From Candidatus Woesebacteria bacterium (lineage in GTDB: Bacteria > Patescibacteriota > Microgenomatia > UBA1400 > PJMF01), in assembly GCA_050123235.1 (NCBI GenBank), contig JASFHL010000001.1:84651-148650 (forward strand): 64,000 nt of DNA, read 5' to 3'. Below the pieces are notes generated by a model. The model did not search any database, was not told the DNA's origin, and saw nothing but the letters and a program-made list of their open reading frames with translations. Every line of letters begins with the position of its first letter. Positions within the stretch are counted from its first letter, which is position 1. The translations under genes were made by a program, and so were the position numbers. This document shows, one piece after another, positions 38,278 to 47,592 of the stretch.

Positions 38278-40023
38278 ATGTTTAAAATTTATAAAATCTA
38301 TTACCGATTCCTATTACACTATAAAAAGCAGTTTTTTCTTTTTTTGATAGCGTTGGTCTCTTTTAGTATTTTTCAAAGCATTCAGCCCTATTTTTATAAA
38401 CTTTTTATTGATGCCATCCCTAGTGCCAACTATCAGCGCTTGTTTCAAATTTTAGCTATTTATATTCTAGTCAGGATATTGGAGCTAGTATCTGATGTTT
38501 TTACTCGTTGGTGGGGGGATTGCTTTCTGCTGCCAGCTGCGCGTGATGCTAGGTTGGCGGTATTTAAAAAAATCCAAGATTTAGATTTTGCTTTTCATCT
38601 TACTAAGAGCACTGGCTCACTGATTAGTGCCATCAAGAGAGGTGACCTGGCTTTTTTTAGTATTCATCATGTGATAAATATTCGGATTAGTAAAATAGCG
38701 ATTAGTTTTTTAGTAATTTTAATTTTTTTTAGTCAGATTCACTGGACTGTGGCCTTACTAATGTTGCTTTCTTTTGTTGTTAACTTGCTTGTAGCCTATT
38801 TTTTAGTTAAGAAGAATATCAAAGCTAGAAAAGAGTTTAATAGAGCAGAAGACAAAATTTCAGCCATTATAGTTGATAATTTGCTTAATTTTGAAACTGT
38901 GAAGTTATTTGCCAAAGAAGATTTGGAGTTGAAACGTCTCAAAAAGCAATTTGAAAATTGGTTGGCTAGATTATGGAGTTATGCTAATTCTTTTCGCTTT
39001 ATTGATGTGTCAGTAGGTGGTATAGGTAATCTGGCTTTATTTTTTATTTTGCTTTTTTCTTTGAAAGAAATGGCAGCTTTAAGATTTACTCCAGGAGAAT
39101 ATATTATGATTCTAGGTTTTATCAGCACTTTTTATCCTAGATTTTTTGAATTAATTTATGAAGTAAGAAATCTAGCTAAACATCAGGTTGATATTCAAAA
39201 ATATTTTTCTGTTTTAAACAAGAAGACTTTAGTTAATGATCCAGCTCAGCCGGTAGAGAAGGCGAGTGTTAAAGGGGAGATTGAATTCAGAAATGTTTCT
39301 TTTTCCTATCCTGAAGGTAAACAAGATGCTTTGAACAATATTAATTTACATATTCGTCAGGGCCAATCAGTGGCTTTTGTAGGGCATTCAGGAGTAGGAA
39401 AGACTACAATTGCCAAACTTTTAATGCGTTTTTATGATCCAGAGCAAGGTGCGATTTATCTAGATGGCATTAATATTAAAGATTTTACTAAAGACAGGCT
39501 GCGTTCTTTTATGGGCGTAGTACCTCAGGATCCAATTTTATTTAATAACACGATTGCTTTTAATATTGCTTATGGCGCAGATAATGTGACGCAAGAGGAA
39601 TTGATTGCTGCCACTAAGATGGCAAATTTGAATGATTTTATCGAAACTTTGCCTAAAAAATATGAAACCCAGGTGGGGGAAAGAGGAGTCAAGCTATCTG
39701 GTGGGCAAAAACAACGCCTAGCTATTGCCAGGATGATTTTGTCAAATCCAGACATTATTATTTTTGATGAAGCTACTTCGCAGCTTGATTCTGAGTCAGA
39801 AAAGAAGATTCAGGATGCTTTTTGGAAGGCAGCTAAAAATAAAACTACCTTGATTATTGCGCATCGTTTATCTTCGATTGTCAAAGCAGAGAAAATTGTG
39901 GTCATGGAAGAAGGGAGTATTAAAGAAATAGGTTCTCACAGAGACTTGTTGACTAGAAAAGATAGTTTGTATAGTAGGTTTTGGCGTTTGCAAACCATTG
40001 CTACAGCAGAATTTCCGTCTTGA
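38278..40023 (+). CDS. ABC exporter, fused TMD-NBD (MsbA/Atm1-like)
   Basis: GHSGVGKT, LSGGQKQR, IFDEATS, AHRLS; 6-TM N-terminus; alternative start at 38236. Confidence 0.93.
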   Translation: MFKIYKIYYRFLLHYKKQFFLFLIALVSFSIFQSIQPYFYKLFIDAIPSANYQRLFQILAIYILVRILELVSDVFTRWWGDCFLLPAARDARLAVFKKIQDLDFAFHLTKSTGSLISAIKRGDLAFFSIHHVINIRISKIAISFLVILIFFSQIHWTVALLMLLSFVVNLLVAYFLVKKNIKARKEFNRAEDKISAIIVDNLLNFETVKLFAKEDLELKRLKKQFENWLARLWSYANSFRFIDVSVGGIGNLALFFILLFSLKEMAALRFTPGEYIMILGFISTFYPRFFELIYEVRNLAKHQVDIQKYFSVLNKKTLVNDPAQPVEKASVKGEIEFRNVSFSYPEGKQDALNNINLHIRQGQSVAFVGHSGVGKTTIAKLLMRFYDPEQGAIYLDGINIKDFTKDRLRSFMGVVPQDPILFNNTIAFNIAYGADNVTQEELIAATKMANLNDFIETLPKKYETQVGERGVKLSGGQKQRLAIARMILSNPDIIIFDEATSQLDSESEKKIQDAFWKAAKNKTTLIIAHRLSSIVKAEKIVVMEEGSIKEIGSHRDLLTRKDSLYSRFWRLQTIATAEFPS

Positions 40024-40163
40024 TTTCCGTTTTGAAAAACAAAATGATTTTGTTGCTTAAAACGAAACACAATCGCCGTCGTGATTTGCCATTAGCGCCC
40101 TCGCTTAGGGCGCGCTAGGCTGCCAGATGCTAAAATCATTTAACTATAATAAAATAGCTATCT

Positions 40164-41333
40164 ATGCTTAGTTGCGCCATTGTCGGCTTACCAAACGTTG
40201 GTAAATCTACTTTATTCAACGCTTTACTTAAAAAACAATTGGCTTTAGCGGCAAATTATCCCTTTGCCACTATCGAGCCCAATGTAGGTGTAGCTGAAGT
40301 GCCAGATGAAAGGCTAGCGGTCTTAGCCCAAATAGTAGCAAAGGCAGAAATTAGTCCAGCAGCTAATCTTTCAAATGCAACTGCCTCGTCACCATCTTCC
40401 CAAGCTAAAGATAATAATTTTCCTCCCATTAAACCAGCAGTAGTTGAATTCGTAGATGTAGCTGGCTTGGTACGCGGGGCTAGCAAAGGAGAAGGGCTAG
40501 GTAATCAATTTTTGGCGCATATTAGAGAAACAAATTCCATTTGTCATGTACTGCGAGCTTTTAGCGATGAATCAATTTTGCGAGAAGGTTCGATCAGTCC
40601 AAAAGAAGATCTAGCTACTATCCGCACCGAACTACAGCTGGCAGATTTAGCTACTTTAGACAAACAAAAGGAACCCAAAGGAGCTGCTGGTAAAGAAGAA
40701 AAAATGCGTTGGCAAATTATTCAAAAATTCAAAGAAAAACTAGAAAAAGGAATAAATATTATTTCAGAGCAATCATCTCAAAATCTTAGCGAAGAGGAAG
40801 CGAACTTAGCTAAAGAACTTTGCTTGCTCACTGCCAAAAAAGAAATTTTTGTGATCAATGTAGATGAGGAAGAACTTAAGAATCAAGCAGCCATTATTAA
40901 GCAGTATGTCGAAGAGTTAGATGTCAGAGCAGCACAAATAGTAGTGGTCAGTGCCAAAATAGAAAGTGAATTGGCAGTTTTAGCAGAAGAAGATCAACTG
41001 CTTTATCTCCAAGACTTAGGTTTAAAAGAGAGTGGTTTGGAAAGATTGGCTAAGGTGGCTTATCAGACATTAGCTTTGCAGAGCTTTCTCACAGCTGGTG
41101 AAAAAGAAGTTAGAGCCTGGACTATTAAAAAAGGCAGTACGGCTGTTCAAGCTGCAGCTGTGATTCACAATGATTTTGAAAAAAATTTTATCAAAGCTAA
41201 GGTAGTTAGTTTTGATGACTTTGTTTCCTTAGGTGGCTGGCCTGGAGCGAAAGCCAAAGGTAAACTAAGGTTGGAAGGCAGAGATTATGTGATGCAGGAA
41301 GGTGATGTTGTAGAATTTATGGTGGGGAAATAG
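40164..41333 (+). CDS. ychF: Ribosome-binding ATPase YchF
   Basis: GLPNVGKSTLFNAL, NYPFATIEPN, GEGLGNQFL, TGS domain. Confidence 0.97.
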   Translation: MLSCAIVGLPNVGKSTLFNALLKKQLALAANYPFATIEPNVGVAEVPDERLAVLAQIVAKAEISPAANLSNATASSPSSQAKDNNFPPIKPAVVEFVDVAGLVRGASKGEGLGNQFLAHIRETNSICHVLRAFSDESILREGSISPKEDLATIRTELQLADLATLDKQKEPKGAAGKEEKMRWQIIQKFKEKLEKGINIISEQSSQNLSEEEANLAKELCLLTAKKEIFVINVDEEELKNQAAIIKQYVEELDVRAAQIVVVSAKIESELAVLAEEDQLLYLQDLGLKESGLERLAKVAYQTLALQSFLTAGEKEVRAWTIKKGSTAVQAAAVIHNDFEKNFIKAKVVSFDDFVSLGGWPGAKAKGKLRLEGRDYVMQEGDVVEFMVGK

Positions 41334-41411
41334 TGGAGTTATTCCGCAGGAAATCTATTTTTTAATATGTTACAATATCTGCTCGACTAATTAAAAATAA
41401 CAGGATTTTTT

Positions 41412-41741
41412 ATGAAGATTGTCAAAGAACTGATTAAAAGACAGTATGAATTAACTTTTTTGATTCCAGCAAGCTATACAGCAGCGGAATTGGCTGATAC
41501 AAAAAAAGAGCTGGAAGCTTTGGTTAAAAAATATAAAGGTAAGATTTTAGAACAAGCAGAATGGGGTAAGAAAAGCCTAGCTTATAAAATTAAAAAAGAA
41601 GGTAAAACTTATGATGCTGCCTTTTACTTTCATTGGCTATTAAAATTTGAAAGTAATAAAGTGCAAGAATTTGAAAAATTTTTATATCTAAATCACCATG
41701 TAATTAGACATTTATTAATAGTTAAGGAAGAAGAAAAATAG
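41412..41741 (+). CDS. rpsF: 30S ribosomal protein S6
   Basis: YELTFL, WGKKSLAYKI, VIRHL; rpsF-ssb-rpsR order. Confidence 0.95.
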   Translation: MKIVKELIKRQYELTFLIPASYTAAELADTKKELEALVKKYKGKILEQAEWGKKSLAYKIKKEGKTYDAAFYFHWLLKFESNKVQEFEKFLYLNHHVIRHLLIVKEEEK

Positions 41742-41888
41742 AATTTAACTAGGTTCATGTAAAATTGATTGCTATGTCAGTTTTTAAAAATTTTGCTAGC
41801 AATTTAATTCATGTTACACTTAATGTAAGAAATAATAAGTAGAATAAGGGTTAGTATAAATTTTAACTCTCAGAAAGGATTGAAGACT

Positions 41889-42413
41889 ATGTCAGTCAGG
41901 TCACTTAACAAAGTAATGCTTATTGGTAATTTAACAAGAGATCCGAATCTTCGTTATACCCCTAGTAACACAGCGGTTTGTTCTTTTGGTTTAGCCACTA
42001 ATCGATCTTGGACTCCTAGTGATGGTGGGGAAAGACAAGAACGGGTAGATTTTCATAATATTGTTGCTTGGTCTAAATTGGCTGAGATCTGTGGTCAGTT
42101 ACTACATAAAGGTGATAAAGTTTATGTTGAAGGTAGAATTCAAACTCGTGATTGGAAAACTGAGGCTGGTGAAGATAGAAGAGTTACTGAAATTGTGATT
42201 GATAACATGATGTTACTCAGTTCATCTAGAAGTAGGGCTGGATATCAAGCTGATGATACAGCAGACGATAGCGTAGCTGATGATGTAGTTGATGATAGTG
42301 CTGCTGACGATAGCACTGCCAGTGATGATGATACATCAAGTAAAAAAGGTCAAAAAAAAACTAAGAAAAAAAAAGTAGAGGAGGAAGATATAGCTGATGA
42401 CATTCCATTTTAA
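41889..42413 (+). CDS. ssb: Single-stranded DNA-binding protein
   Basis: NKVMLIGNLTRDP, KGDKVYVEGRI, acidic tail DDIPF. Confidence 0.97.
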   Translation: MSVRSLNKVMLIGNLTRDPNLRYTPSNTAVCSFGLATNRSWTPSDGGERQERVDFHNIVAWSKLAEICGQLLHKGDKVYVEGRIQTRDWKTEAGEDRRVTEIVIDNMMLLSSSRSRAGYQADDTADDSVADDVVDDSAADDSTASDDDTSSKKGQKKTKKKKVEEEDIADDIPF

Positions 42414-42450
42414 GGCTTAGATAGTTATTAGTGATCACAAATTTATAATT

Positions 42451-42684
42451 ATGAAAAAGAAACAAAAGCGAAAGCCAAGGATTCAAATTAAACCTATGAA
42501 GTTGGATAAAAGCATTACTTTTTCTTATAAGAAGTATGACGATTTATTTAAATTTATTTCCTCTCAAGGGATGATTGCTTCTAGAGTAAGAACTGGTTTA
42601 TCACAGAAAAAACAGAAACAACTAGCTTTAGCTATCAAAAGAGCCAGACATTTAGCTTTGTTACCATTTACTCAGACACTCTAA
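42451..42684 (+). CDS. rpsR: 30S ribosomal protein S18 (Cys-less form)
   Basis: RTGLSQKKQKQLALAIKRARHLALLPF. Confidence 0.96.
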   Translation: MKKKQKRKPRIQIKPMKLDKSITFSYKKYDDLFKFISSQGMIASRVRTGLSQKKQKQLALAIKRARHLALLPFTQTL

Positions 42685-42837
42685 AACTAGTGGCTAAATA
42701 GATTCTTCACTTATTTCGCGACAAGTCTAATATCTGTTTCCACTTAGTTTTTTTTGCCTTTTCCCTTATAATAAAATGATTGTGAAATAAAAAAAGGTCT
42801 TTTATATCTCTATCTCACAATCACTCTAATAAATTTT

Positions 42838-44103
42838 ATGAAGATTAAATTATCCACCATAAGAAATACAATTGTTTCCTTCTTGTTGGTGATTCTAGGC
42901 GGTATCTTGGGATTTCGCTATGCACAAACAGGTTCCTTACCATTGGGTTTAAAACTACCCTTTGTTTCTGCCATTGGCTCAGAAACTAGTCCCTTAAGCA
43001 AGGTACTAGGAAAAGAAGCTCCAATAGAAAATTCTGAAGTTAACTTTGCTGTTTTTTGGGAGGTTTGGTCGCTCTTAGAGAGAGAATATCTAGATTCAAC
43101 AAAAATAGATGCTGAAAAAATGGTCAACGGAGCAGTCTATGGTATGACTTCCTCGTTGGGTGATCCGTATACTGTTTATCTCGCTCCTGAGGCTAATCAG
43201 CGCAGTGGCGAGGATTTAGCAGGTAGTTTTTATGGTGTTGGGATTGAATTGGGTTATAAAAATAATATTTTGGCAGTTGTTTCCCCTTTAGATGGAACTC
43301 CGGCTAAGTTAGCTGGTGTTCAGGCAGGAGACTTAATTTTGCATGTCAAAGATTTAGATAGAGGCATTGATGAAGATACTGCAGGCTGGTCATTGACTCA
43401 AGCAGTGGAGAAGATTCGTGGTCGCAAAGGAACAGATGTAATTTTAACTTTATTTAGAGAAGGGCAAGATAAACCTTTTGATTTGGCCATTACTCGTGGT
43501 GAGATCATTGTCAAGTCAGTGACTTTAGATTTTGTTGAACATGCTGGCAAGCGAGTGGCCTATCTTAAATTATCTCGTTTTGGTGAAAGAACTGAAGCTG
43601 AATGGGCAGAAGCAGTGGCTCAAATTTTAGCACAAAGAAATTCTATTTCCGGAATTGTTTTGGATATGAGAAACAATCCTGGTGGTTATTTTGACGTCTC
43701 AATTGATATTGCTAGTGACTTTATCAAAAAAGGAGTTGTGGTTAGTCAAAAAGGAAAATATCGATCAAAAGATTTTTATCGGAAAGGTCAAAGCAATTTA
43801 GCTGATTTACCTTTGGTAGTTTTGGTTAATAGGGGTAGTGCTAGTGCCTCTGAAATTGTAGCTGGTGCTTTGAGAGATAACTTAGAAGTTAAATTAGTGG
43901 GTGAAAGAACTTTTGGAAAAGGCACTGTTCAAGACAGACGAGTGCTGTCTAATGGTGGAGGAGTTCATATTACTATTGGGAGATGGATGTTACCCAAAGG
44001 TGAATGGATTCATGAAGAAGGAATTCCAGTTAATGTGGAAGTAAAAGATAATCTTGATACCGAAGCAGATGAAGTTCTATTAAAAGGGATTGAAGAGTTG
44101 TAA
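42838..44103 (+). CDS. C-terminal processing protease, S41A family (CtpA/Prc-like)
   Basis: LGDPYT, PDZ GVGI, DMRNNPGG, SASASEI, TFGKGTVQ. Confidence 0.95.
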   Translation: MKIKLSTIRNTIVSFLLVILGGILGFRYAQTGSLPLGLKLPFVSAIGSETSPLSKVLGKEAPIENSEVNFAVFWEVWSLLEREYLDSTKIDAEKMVNGAVYGMTSSLGDPYTVYLAPEANQRSGEDLAGSFYGVGIELGYKNNILAVVSPLDGTPAKLAGVQAGDLILHVKDLDRGIDEDTAGWSLTQAVEKIRGRKGTDVILTLFREGQDKPFDLAITRGEIIVKSVTLDFVEHAGKRVAYLKLSRFGERTEAEWAEAVAQILAQRNSISGIVLDMRNNPGGYFDVSIDIASDFIKKGVVVSQKGKYRSKDFYRKGQSNLADLPLVVLVNRGSASASEIVAGALRDNLEVKLVGERTFGKGTVQDRRVLSNGGGVHITIGRWMLPKGEWIHEEGIPVNVEVKDNLDTEADEVLLKGIEEL

Positions 44104-44116
44104 TAAAAGGAGCAAG

Positions 44117-45979
44117 ATGAAAACTGACTTACCCAAACAAGAGTTGGATACAGCATCCCGCTCTTCATTTAATTCTGATTTAAATAATTCCGCAAAAGAA
44201 GAACATCTAACTTGGAAAAAAAAGCTGATTTTAGCTGCTGTTTTATTTCCTATTCTTTTAATTTTAGCCTTTATTATTCCTAAAAAACTTGATATCTCTA
44301 GATTGACTGATGGACTTAAATTTGGAGAAAAAATTGATGATTGGCAGTTTGAAGCGCAAAAAGAAGAAACTAATGGCAGGATGGGGGGAGTTTTTTCTAC
44401 GTCAAAAACTGCAGTAGAGATGGCAGCTCCGGCTGCTGATTTTGCTGATGAGAGTATTGGCCTGTCTACTGGTGGAGCCAAAGACATCAATAATTTCAGA
44501 GAAAATATTGAAAATAATTATTTACCTTTGCCCACAGATATCACTTATGAAGGTCTATTTTACGATTATTTTTTTGACACAGGTGAGAGTTATGAGTGTG
44601 AACAGCTATTTTGCCCTTCTTATAATATGGCGGTGACAAAAGATCCTTTCTCAGGTCAGGAAGAACATTATTTAGCAGTGGGCTTAAATTCAGGGATGAA
44701 GGAAACTAATTTTGAAAGAAAAAAATTAAATTTAGTAGTGGTTTTGGATATTTCCGGTTCAATGAGTTCTTCATTTAAAAAATACTATTATGACCAAAGT
44801 ACTGGCAGTAGAAGATTGACAATTACTCCTATCCCAGAAGATGAAGAGGAAGCTAAAAGCAAAATGGAAGTAGCCAACGAATCGATCGTAGCTTTGTTAG
44901 ATCACCTTGAACCAGATGATCGTTTTGGCATGGTGCTGTTTGATAACACAGCTTATTTAGCAAAACCGCTGCGTTATATAGGGGAAACAAGGATGGACAG
45001 TCTTAAAAAACATATTTTGGAAATTAAGCCACAGGGTGGTACTAATATGGCCGCAGGCATGAAAGAAGGTTTAAAACTTTTAGAAGAATTTAAGGATGTG
45101 GATCAAGATGAATATGAAAACAGAATTATTTTTCTCACAGATGCCATGCCCAATACTGGTGAGACTAGTGAAGATGGTCTCTTGGGTATGAGTAAAAGCA
45201 ATGCAGCAAATAAGATTTATAGTACTTTTATTGGCATTGGGGTTGATTTTAATACTGAGCTAATTGAATATATTACTAAGATCAAGGGTGCTAATTATTA
45301 TAGTGTTCACTCTGCAGCTGATTTTCAAAAAAGAATGGATGACGAATTTGAATATATGGTTACACCCTTGGTTTTTGATCTTAAATTAGAACTAGAATCA
45401 GCCGCTTATGAAATTGAAAAGGTTTACGGTTCGCCAGAAGCTAATGAGGCTACTGGAGAAATCATGAAAATCAATACGCTCTTTCCGTCTAGTAAGGAAG
45501 GTGGCGAAACTAAAGGAGGTTTGGTCTTATTAAAGTTAAAGAAAAAACCTAGTGCAACAGATTCAGTAGTTAAATTAAAAGTAAGTTATCAAGATCGTAG
45601 TGACAAAACAGGAGGAGAGGAAGTAACAGCTGAGTTATCTAATCAATCGGCAGAATTTTTTGATAATACTGGTATGAGAAAGGGAGTCTTGCTTGCTAGA
45701 TATGCCAATCTAATCAAAAATTGGATTAATGATGAAAGAAAAGCTGGTAGAAATAGAATGATAGTTGATTATTCTGTGAGTATGGAAAAGGGAATAGCTT
45801 TGCCAGAACCGATTGATCAATTGGGACAATGGGAACGTCAGTCAATGACACTCAGAGTTTCAGGACAGTATCGAGAGCTGTTTAAAGAATTTAGAGGATA
45901 TTTTATAGCTGAAATTGAGGCAATTGGCGATGATAGTTTAGAGAGAGAAGTGGGGGTTTTAGAGAAACTGAGTCGTTAA
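44117..45979 (+). CDS. Membrane-anchored VWA domain protein (YfbK-like)
   Basis: MIDAS motif DISGSM, GGTN, LTDAMPN; N-terminal TM; AAGGAG SD before ATG 44117. Confidence 0.88.
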   Translation: MKTDLPKQELDTASRSSFNSDLNNSAKEEHLTWKKKLILAAVLFPILLILAFIIPKKLDISRLTDGLKFGEKIDDWQFEAQKEETNGRMGGVFSTSKTAVEMAAPAADFADESIGLSTGGAKDINNFRENIENNYLPLPTDITYEGLFYDYFFDTGESYECEQLFCPSYNMAVTKDPFSGQEEHYLAVGLNSGMKETNFERKKLNLVVVLDISGSMSSSFKKYYYDQSTGSRRLTITPIPEDEEEAKSKMEVANESIVALLDHLEPDDRFGMVLFDNTAYLAKPLRYIGETRMDSLKKHILEIKPQGGTNMAAGMKEGLKLLEEFKDVDQDEYENRIIFLTDAMPNTGETSEDGLLGMSKSNAANKIYSTFIGIGVDFNTELIEYITKIKGANYYSVHSAADFQKRMDDEFEYMVTPLVFDLKLELESAAYEIEKVYGSPEANEATGEIMKINTLFPSSKEGGETKGGLVLLKLKKKPSATDSVVKLKVSYQDRSDKTGGEEVTAELSNQSAEFFDNTGMRKGVLLARYANLIKNWINDERKAGRNRMIVDYSVSMEKGIALPEPIDQLGQWERQSMTLRVSGQYRELFKEFRGYFIAEIEAIGDDSLEREVGVLEKLSR

Positions 45980-46023
45980 ACCCTGCCACTTAACTGTGAG
46001 CCTTAGAACCATTTAGTAAGAAT

Positions 46024-47031
46024 TCACTCTCCTTGTTTCTCCAATTCAGCTCTAAGAGTAGCAACTACCTCCTCCAAGTCTCCCTCTAAAATTGTTTCAA
46101 GTTTGTACCAGCTCTTATTGATTCGATGATCAGTGACTCTATTTTGAGGGAAGTTATAAGTTCGAATTTTTTCTGCTCGCATATTACGGCCGATCCCACT
46201 TCTAGCTTGACCGATTTCTTTCATCTTTTTTTCTTCTTCAATTTCCCATAGTTGTGATCTAAGCAGCTCTAGAGCAATTAAGCGGTTTTGAGCTTGTTTA
46301 CGTTCTTGGCGGGCTACTACTACAATGCCAGTTGGGTTATGAGTAAGGCGCACAGCACTGCTAGTTTTATTGACTGATTGACCACCAGCGCCGCTAGATC
46401 GCATAAATTGCCAATCAAGATCTTCATCTTTGATAGTGATGGCTGTGGATGGGACTTCTGGTAAAACTGCTACCGAAGCAGTTGAAGTATGAATTCTACC
46501 TTGAGATTCCGTCACGGGGATGCGTTGTACTCGGTGGACACCAGTTTCATATTTAAACAATTCAAAAGGATAGATAATTTCTTGACCATTTGTCATCGAA
46601 TTAGAATTTATAGCTAGGTCAGAATTTTCTTCTGAAGATTTTTTTTCAACAGTTTTAATTTCTGTTTTGCCACTGACTTTAATTACTAGATCATCAATAT
46701 AGCTTACATTTAAACCTTTGCTTTCACAAAATCTTAAATACATGCGCAACAAGTCATTAGCCCAAATCTTAGCTTCATCGCCACCAGCTCCGGCTCTAAT
46801 TTCAATAATAGCTTTAGATTTGCTGGTTTGGTGAGTCCCTGGGCCAGCACTAGTTGATTCTCCAAACTCTGCAGCAGCTTGCTCTAGACTTTGTTTTTGA
46901 ATTTTTAACTGATTAATTTCTTCTTGAGCTAAAGCACTAAACTCAGGATCAGCTAATAATTTTTCTGATTCTTTTATTTTGTTTTCAATTTCATCTATTT
47001 GAGCTTGATAAGGATTTTTTATTTGAGACAT
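46024..47031 (-). CDS. prfA: Peptide chain release factor 1
   Basis: GVHRVQRIPVT (RF1 PxT), GAGGQ, EKIRTYNFPQNRVTDHR; start set to ATG 47031. Confidence 0.95.
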   Translation of the reverse strand: MSQIKNPYQAQIDEIENKIKESEKLLADPEFSALAQEEINQLKIQKQSLEQAAAEFGESTSAGPGTHQTSKSKAIIEIRAGAGGDEAKIWANDLLRMYLRFCESKGLNVSYIDDLVIKVSGKTEIKTVEKKSSEENSDLAINSNSMTNGQEIIYPFELFKYETGVHRVQRIPVTESQGRIHTSTASVAVLPEVPSTAITIKDEDLDWQFMRSSGAGGQSVNKTSSAVRLTHNPTGIVVVARQERKQAQNRLIALELLRSQLWEIEEEKKMKEIGQARSGIGRNMRAEKIRTYNFPQNRVTDHRINKSWYKLETILEGDLEEVVATLRAELEKQGE

Positions 47032-47059
47032 AATTTGCTTTATTGATAATTTTACCACT

Positions 47060-47097
47060 ACTACGGATAAACATTGGAGCGTTGAAATGAGGTTTGG
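47060..47097 (+). repeat. Dispersed structured repeat, copy 3 (partial, 5' part)
   Basis: ACTACGGATAAACATTGGAGCGTTGAAATGAGGTTTGG vs copy 2 ACTACAGATAAATATTGGAGCGTTGAAGCGAGGTCTGG. Confidence 0.7.
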
Positions 47098-47183
47098 AAA
47101 GATCAGAGGTAGATACTTTACTCACTTACTATTGATATAAAATAAAAACCTGGAGGCGAAGTCTTAAAAATTTAGAGTAATCT

Positions 47184-47537
47184 TTATTTTTTATCCTCTG
47201 TACTCTTTGTTTTATTAGCAGCCTTGACTGCTTGTTTTTGTTCTCTGAGAATTTCTTGATAAGATTTTGAATCGTCTTCTTGTTTTTTAGCTTTCTTTTT
47301 CTTTTTAGCTTGAGCATCTGATTGTTTTTTTGTTTGAGCTATTTTCATTTTTTTCATAAATTTATCAACTCGACCTTGTCTATCAACAAATTTCATTTCT
47401 CCAGTAAAGAACGGATGACAGTTACTACAAATATCAACATGTATTGATTTGAGACTCGAACCAGTAGTAAACTGATTACCACAGGTACAAGTAACAACAC
47501 AATCGTCGTGCCAACTAGGATGTAAGTTTTGTTTCAT
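47184..47537 (-). CDS. rpmE: 50S ribosomal protein L31 (Zn-binding form, C-terminal extension)
   Basis: CTCGN, ICSNCHPFFTG, GRVDKF. Confidence 0.96.
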   Translation of the reverse strand: MKQNLHPSWHDDCVVTCTCGNQFTTGSSLKSIHVDICSNCHPFFTGEMKFVDRQGRVDKFMKKMKIAQTKKQSDAQAKKKKKAKKQEDDSKSYQEILREQKQAVKAANKTKSTEDKK

Positions 47538-47592
47538 AAGAAAAGTATTATAGCACGAAAATTATTAAAAATTATCTTAAATAAAGCAGTCT

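Noticed and set aside
42250-42332. Short tandem repeats in ssb
   Set aside because: They encode the acidic low-complexity linker (DDxxx repeats), ordinary for SSB
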